A stretch of 63,928 nt of DNA, counting the filler, from Conidiobolus incongruus B7586 (Eukaryota), in the NCBI GenBank assembly GCA_000697335.1. It is 18 parts of 18 records of this genome, joined end to end, with 100 filler letters (N's around TTAATTAATTAA, not from the genome) between each part and the next. Parts side by side here need not be neighbours in the genome. Positions count along the whole stretch, not along the records: positions 56,830 to 60,303 come from JNEM01005363.1; positions 60,404 to 61,926 come from JNEM01005370.1; positions 62,027 to 63,928 come from JNEM01005373.1; 15 more parts are not named here. One strand, written 5' to 3'. Below, piece after piece: positions 57,870 through 63,928 of the stretch. Positions within the stretch are counted from its first letter, which is position 1; the number at the start of each line of letters is the position of its first letter. The notes beneath the pieces are model-generated. The model did not search any database. It saw only the letters and a program-made list of their open reading frames with translations, and had not been told where the DNA came from. The position numbers and the translations under genes were made by a program.

Positions 57870-58664
57870 TTAGTTGGATTCTACCTTGACTTTGGATGCT
57901 TCAAACTGAGCCTTCATCTTGAAGTAGTCTTTGTGGAGGCCACATTCAGTCTTTGTAGTACCAGCCCATCTGCCACTTCGTTCATCATTAGGGTCTAAGG
58001 CAGGCTGGGTAGAGTGGACATCGCCAACAGAAAGGTATCCTTTGTCCAGAAGGGTGTTGTAAGGAACTTCAAAGATATCAATATAAGATTTAACGTCATT
58101 GAAGGACCAATTGGCAAGAGGATTCAATTTGATAAGACCAGTACCAGCTTCAATCTCAACAATGGGAATATTGGCACGGTCTCCCTTCTGACTTCTGCGA
58201 CGACCAGAAATTACTGCTACGACGCCCAATTCGTCGTAAGCACGTCTAGCTGGTTCCACTTTTACTAAATAGTCATATTGGTCAGGGTTCGTTTCCCACA
58301 ATTTCTCCCCATATAAACGCTCGAAAGTAGAGCGATCTTCACAGTCAAGAGGCTTGTAAACATGCAATGGAGTATTATACTTGGCTTGAACCTTCTTAGT
58401 TAATTCTAAAGTCTCGTCAAAATGGTACAAAGTATCTACAAATATGAGAGGCACAGGATGAGTATCGTCACCACCTGCATCCTTATGAATTTTATTGATC
58501 ATATCGGTGATAACTAAGCCAGATAGCCCGAATGCTGTAGTCTGATAGAGGTTGGGAAAGGTCAACATTGCCCACTCCAAGATTTTAGTTGGATGCAAAT
58601 CGGACAACTTTGTATTGATGTGCTCGATATGGGATTGAGTGAATGGCACAATACTGGGACCCAT
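57870..58664 (-). CDS. MET16: Phosphoadenosine phosphosulfate (PAPS) reductase
   Basis: QTTAFGLSG, FVDTLYHFDET, KVEPARRA, SGRRRSQ, NPLANW, GYLSVGD, ERSGRW and TECGLH. Confidence 0.96.
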   Translation of the reverse strand: MGPSIVPFTQSHIEHINTKLSDLHPTKILEWAMLTFPNLYQTTAFGLSGLVITDMINKIHKDAGGDDTHPVPLIFVDTLYHFDETLELTKKVQAKYNTPLHVYKPLDCEDRSTFERLYGEKLWETNPDQYDYLVKVEPARRAYDELGVVAVISGRRRSQKGDRANIPIVEIEAGTGLIKLNPLANWSFNDVKSYIDIFEVPYNTLLDKGYLSVGDVHSTQPALDPNDERSGRWAGTTKTECGLHKDYFKMKAQFEASKVKVESN

Positions 58665-58730
58665 TATAGATTATTCACAATAAAGATATATTAAAATATG
58701 TCAAGCAACCATTAAAGAGAACAGTACCAG

Positions 58731-58764
58731 TTATTTATACTGAATACCATATTTGATGAGTCAT
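58731..58764 (-). promoter_or_regulatory. MET16 TATA box plus perfect Gcn4/CpcA-type site ATGAGTCAT (58756-58764)
   Basis: TATAAAT on the minus strand at ~58733-58739. A palindromic ATGA(C/G)TCAT sits just upstream; amino-acid biosynthesis genes are canonical Gcn4 targets. Confidence 0.6.
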
Positions 58765-60403
58765 GATCATAAAACTGATGAATTTTTCGTAGAAATGATG
58801 TGATTGAATTGTCAAATTACGCCATTTTAATTTTTGGACACTCAATTTGTTTGAAATGTTTGGAGAGAGTGAATTTGGTAAGATTGAGGTTGAATAAAAT
58901 TATATCAATTTCATATATCTATCATATATCATAAACCATATGGCATTCATTTATATTATTACAATCAAAAAATCATATATTAATTATTAGTTACAACTTA
59001 TTGAATATAGCGGTTTTTAATAAAAATTCTTAATATTTAATTAAAATTAATTAACAACAAGGTTTAAATTATTTCAAATATACTAAATCATTTATAATTG
59101 TTGATGTTATGTAAAACAGTTTAATTGATGATGATGGATAATCAAAAAATAGTTATCTAATCAAAACTAAGATTGATTAATAATACAGATTATTGTATTT
59201 AAATAATCACAAATTCAGGATCATTATATTCTAGGATTATTAATTCAAATAATTGAATTTAATTAAATAGATTAAGGATTGACTCTTTGATTTGTAATTA
59301 ATATATCTATGTAATTATGATATAGATAAGCTATACTTATCATATATAATATTAAGAATATATAAATTCACACTGGAAAAATTTTAAATTTGCAATAATA
59401 TATATTTAATTCTTTCAAATAAATCATTTGATTGATGATCAGCATCTATGATGTTGATCTTTATTGTACTAATCAAGCAATTATCAAATTTATTTTTTTA
59501 AACTATAAACGCTTTAATAACTTGTATTATATTTTTCCTTCTAATATTTATTGTGTATATCTAATTTAAATGAATCATTTACCAATTTATTTTTGAATTT
59601 TAACTAAAAATTGGATCGAATATTTATAATTTAATCAAAATTCTTGATTTAATAATTTACAATATAATTTTAATAAAATCAAAATTAGTTAATGTTATAT
59701 ATTTATATATTAATCATTGATATATTATGAATGCCAAATTAATAAATATAGTATAAATTAGATTACTATATTGAATTATTCCCTTAAGTATAATTTTGTA
59801 AAGTTTAATAAAAATATCAAATTCTCAAAGGTGAAATCAGTATATCAATATATATGTTTTTTGTAAGGGAAATTAAAATTAAACAATATGACCTGAATCA
59901 TTATTAATATAATTTTATAAAAAATCATAACTCATTATATAAATATTCATACGGAATTTATATTTAATATATTGTATATTATATATAAATTTAATTAAAA
60001 TTGACTTTATATGAGTCATAATAGAATATATATAAATATTGGAGAGTTAAAATAATATAAATTATTAATAAATATTATAAATATTATAATGGATTTTTGA
60101 TCAATCCTTAGATCACCCTACCAATCAGAGCCTTATTTGTTAATAAAATATTATGAATCAGATTTTTTAATTAAAATAATAAAATATAAAATAATATAAA
60201 ATAATATATAATAGTGATATATAATTTAATATAAAATATTATTTAATAAAAAAATTTATAATTTTTATAATAATATCAGAATTAAAAATTAAATTTATAT
60301 AAANNNNNNNNNNNNNNNNNNNNNNNNNNNNNNNNNNNNNNNNNNNNTTAATTAATTAANNNNNNNNNNNNNNNNNNNNNNNNNNNNNNNNNNNNNNNNN
60401 NNN

Positions 60404-61818
60404 TATTTTGTAAAATATTAGCAAAAATATTAACCCTTAATATTTAATTAAGGTGAGTCATAAATTTATGGGTTTTTAAGATAAGGGGATATATTTAACA
60501 ATATATAACTATATTTTTTTTCTCTCTTTGTTATTATTTTATATAATGTTTTTTAAATATATTGAGTTATTTTAATAATAACACTAAAGTCTTTTTATAA
60601 AAAAATTTATTTATATATCAATCAACTTAATAGAAAAATAAATAAATTTGTAATATTATTAGAATTATTAGTTTTAGTTAGTTTAATAGAATTAAAGCTA
60701 TTATGAATAATAATAAAAATATATTTAGACTTAAACTTTAGTATATTAAAATCATAAATTAATATAATAAGAAGTATATTTATAGGTTAGTTAATACAAG
60801 CAAGTGTGGTATTATTGTAAAAATATAGCAGGCACTATAAAAATATATAAAAATATTAATTAACACTAATATTATTATATATACTTTATATTAACATTGA
60901 TATCACTTATATCTTAAGAAAAAACACCCCCAACTAAAGAAATCCCATTATAAAATTAAACAAGAGTTTAAATATCATCACTAATATTAAACTAAAATTA
61001 ATTGGAATAAGAATATTTAATCTAATAAAACCAAAATATATCTTAATAAATTTAATAAAAAGGTTAGATATTTTAAAAAAGATATAAAACTATTTTGTAA
61101 TTATTATATTAATTTTACCTAAAAGTATAATAATAGGTTAATTATTATTTGGGGATATATATTATTTTTAAATATAAGATATCTTTGTAAAATTGATAAG
61201 GGAATTAATATTAAAATATACTAAAATATTTTAAACAATGAATTGAAAAAAACCATTGAATTGTATAGGTTAGACAAATCTAATATTATTTTCTAGTAAA
61301 ATAATGCTTTTTGTTATGTTATAACTTTTATTACCAAATAGCTTAAAAATAACATGATAATAGTTATAAAGTAGTTTTTTTAATTTTTTAACTTAAACTT
61401 AATTAAATACCTTTGGGATTAGTTAAAAAAATCTATTAAAGTTTTCCCCTTAGCAGAAGATTTAAATCAACTTTAGGAATATATTTAAAAAGCATAGAAC
61501 AATATTAACCCTTTTTAGTATAAGAAATTAATTGATTCTATACCCTATAAACAAAGAAATTAAAAAAGCTAAAGATAGATATACTAGGTTTTAATTTTTT
61601 TATCATCAAAAACTTGTAAATTTATAACTCACCTTAGGTAAAATTTAAGGGTTTATATTTTAGTTAATTAATAACTAAATATTATCATTTAATGATATAT
61701 ATTATTATTAAATATAATAGATTTTAATTATTTAATTTAAGTTTATTTTATTATATATTAATCAAGTTATTAATAAAAATATTAATGTTTTTGATTTTAT
61801 AACTTATTTTTATTAGTG
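60404..61818 (+). mobile_element. Near full-length Tc1 (DD34E) element, inactivated
   Basis: Relic translation KKKHPQL, I*SNKTK (WSDETK), IIIWGY (MVWGC), YLCKID, IF**NNA (FQQDNA), *FF*FFNLNLIKYLW (WPSQSPDLNPIEHLW) and AKDRYTRF*. 34-residue spacing. Ends ...AGTG|TA. Confidence 0.93.
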
Positions 61819-62158
61819 TATTATTATTGAAATCAAATTAAATATTTAATTTAATAAATTTATATTAAATTTTATAATTATAATATAATATCTAATATTC
61901 TATAATATAATATATAAATCTATATTNNNNNNNNNNNNNNNNNNNNNNNNNNNNNNNNNNNNNNNNNNNNTTAATTAATTAANNNNNNNNNNNNNNNNNN
62001 NNNNNNNNNNNNNNNNNNNNNNNNNNCAATTTAAATATTTAATTAAAAAAAATATTCTAAATAATAGAAACATAATAAAAATATGGAAAAAAATAATTTG
62101 TAAAAATAAAATAATTAAATTTATAATTAAATATTTTATTATTTTTATTAAATATATA

Positions 62159-63540
62159 CACTAGCCTATAAAAATGAGTTATAAAATCAAAATACTTATA
62201 TATTTACCTATTTCTTAAACAATTCTTAATTAAATAAATATAAATTCAAATATATAATTTATCTATAATAGTTGATTATAATTAACTATATTTGATTATA
62301 TTTTATTAACTATTGGTTAATATATCAAAACCTAAAATTTAACCAAGACAAGTTATAAATTTGTAGGTTTATATATTAAAGGGATATAAATAACAAAACT
62401 TATATATATCTCTTTTGTCTTTTGTTATATTATATATATTATGAACTTATTAAGTTAATATTTTAAAATAAATATTATTATGCTTAAATCTTTCTTTAAA
62501 AAAATCCACTTATATATTAATTAATTTTATAAAAAAATTAATCAACCTGTGAGATTATTATAATTACTAATATTAGTTAATTTAATTTAGCTAAGGTTAT
62601 TAAAAAATATATTAAAAAAACACTTAAATCAAAACTTAAATATATTAAAATTATAGATAAACATAATAAAAAATATTTATAGATTAGTTATTATAAGTTA
62701 ATATAATATTATTATAAAAGTGTAACAGAAATTACAAGACTATATAAGGATATTAGTTATTGTTAATATCATTATACATGTTTAATATTAGAATAGATAT
62801 CACTTTTATTTTAAATAAAACACCCCTAACTAAAGAAGTCTTATTATAAAGCTAGATAAAAGTTTAAATACCAATATTAAGTTAAATTAAAAGTAACTAT
62901 AGTAAAGTTATTTAGTTTAATAAAACAAAGATATATCTTAATAAATATAATAAAAAAGTTAGATGTTTTAAAAAAAATATAATAACCACTTTATAACCAT
63001 TATATTATTATAACTTAAAAATACAATAGTGGGTTAATTATAGTTTATGGATATATATTATCTATAAATATAAGGTATCTTTATAAAATTAATGGTGGAA
63101 TTAATGTTAAAATATATTAAAGTATTTTAAACAATAAATTGAAAAAATTATTAATTAATATTGGTTAAATAAATCAAATATTATATTCCAACAAGATAAT
63201 ACCCCTTGTTATACTATAAATTCTAATATTAAATAACTTAAAAATAATAAATAATTATTATAAAATAGCCTTCTCAATTCTTTAATCTTAACCTAATTAA
63301 ATATCTTTAGGATCAATTAAAAAAATTAATTAAAGCTCTTCCTTTAATAAAAAATTTAAATTAACTTTAGGAGTATATTCAAGAAACTTAGAATAATATT
63401 AATTTTACCAAATATAAAAAGCTAGTTAACTCTATACCCTATAAACTTAAAAAAGTTAGAAAAGCAAAAGATGGATATACTAGATATTAATTTTTCTATA
63501 AATGTGAAAACCTGTTAACTTATAACTTATCTTAAATATA
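62159..63540 (+). mobile_element. Near full-length Tc1 element with a ~210-bp left TIR, inactivated
   Basis: Starts TA|CACT; *PSQFFNLNLIKYL* at 63266; AKDGYTRY* ends at 63490. Confidence 0.92.
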
Positions 63541-63639
63541 ATTTTAATTTTAATTTTAATATATTAGATTATCTTAAACTATAATATATAATTAAAATAT
63601 ATTATTTATTAATAAATAAATATATTTGAATATATTTAG

Positions 63640-63928
63640 TAAATTATTAGCAAAAATATTAACCTTTAATAATTTATTATTATAAGTTATAAATTTATAG
63701 GTTTTTAAGATAAAGGGATATATTTAACAATATATAACTTTTTTTTTCTTTTTATAATATTATTTAATATAATATTTTATACATATATAATATTTTTTTA
63801 TTAATTTTATTATTCTTAAATCACTTTTTAAAAAAATTCATTTAGATATTAATTAACTTTATAAAGAGGATAAATTAACTTATAATGTTATTAGAATTAC
63901 TAATGTTAATTAATCTACTATAGTTAAA
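63640..63928 (+). mobile_element. Tc1 left end (runs off the window)
   Basis: Colinear with 60415-60680. Confidence 0.75.

Noticed and set aside
12133..58268. Short alternative-frame or antisense ORFs inside the real genes
   Set aside because: Shadow ORFs of GC-richer coding DNA. The exceptions are 40187-40369 (contains exon 1 of the acyl-CoA synthetase) and 30152-30448 (mostly AAR2 exon 4).
11923..58664. Possible functional gene cluster (lipid and sulfur genes)
   Set aside because: The genes are functionally unrelated, far apart and on separate contigs; there is no backbone biosynthetic enzyme.
5154..62026. Recurrent palindromic TTAATTAATTAA flanked by N runs, superficially like a regular repeat array
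   Set aside because: It is an artificial six-frame-stop contig linker of fixed 100 bp. It also means adjacency across gaps is not proven.

Overview
Extremely AT-rich eukaryotic scaffold, made of 18 contig pieces joined by 17 artificial 100-bp linkers (N44-TTAATTAATTAA-N44). Gene content and 44-61 nt GT-AG introns indicate a fungus; an early-diverging lineage such as Entomophthoromycotina/Zoopagomycota is my inference only. Genes sit as sparse GC-richer islands: an Msn2-type C2H2 factor, a two-domain expansin-like protein, an unknown secreted Cys-rich protein, a 7-exon AAR2 gene largely missed by the ORF track, a 4-exon long-chain acyl-CoA synthetase, a sphingomyelin-synthase-family enzyme, PAPS reductase (MET16) and a 64-aa S/T-rich small protein. 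Much of the apparent AT junk is about 20 relics of two DNA transposon families: a 1.3-kb DD34D mariner and a DD34E Tc1 with long IR/DR-type TIRs. At every motif I compared, these were destroyed by massive C>T/G>A transitions in all dinucleotide contexts while the genes are intact, which points to a RIP-like, repeat-targeted hypermutation system. Other notable items: nested insertions, a 4x tandem promoter repeat ahead of the secreted-protein gene, and an expansin with Asn at the essential Asp position. Transposon boundaries were read by eye and are approximate.
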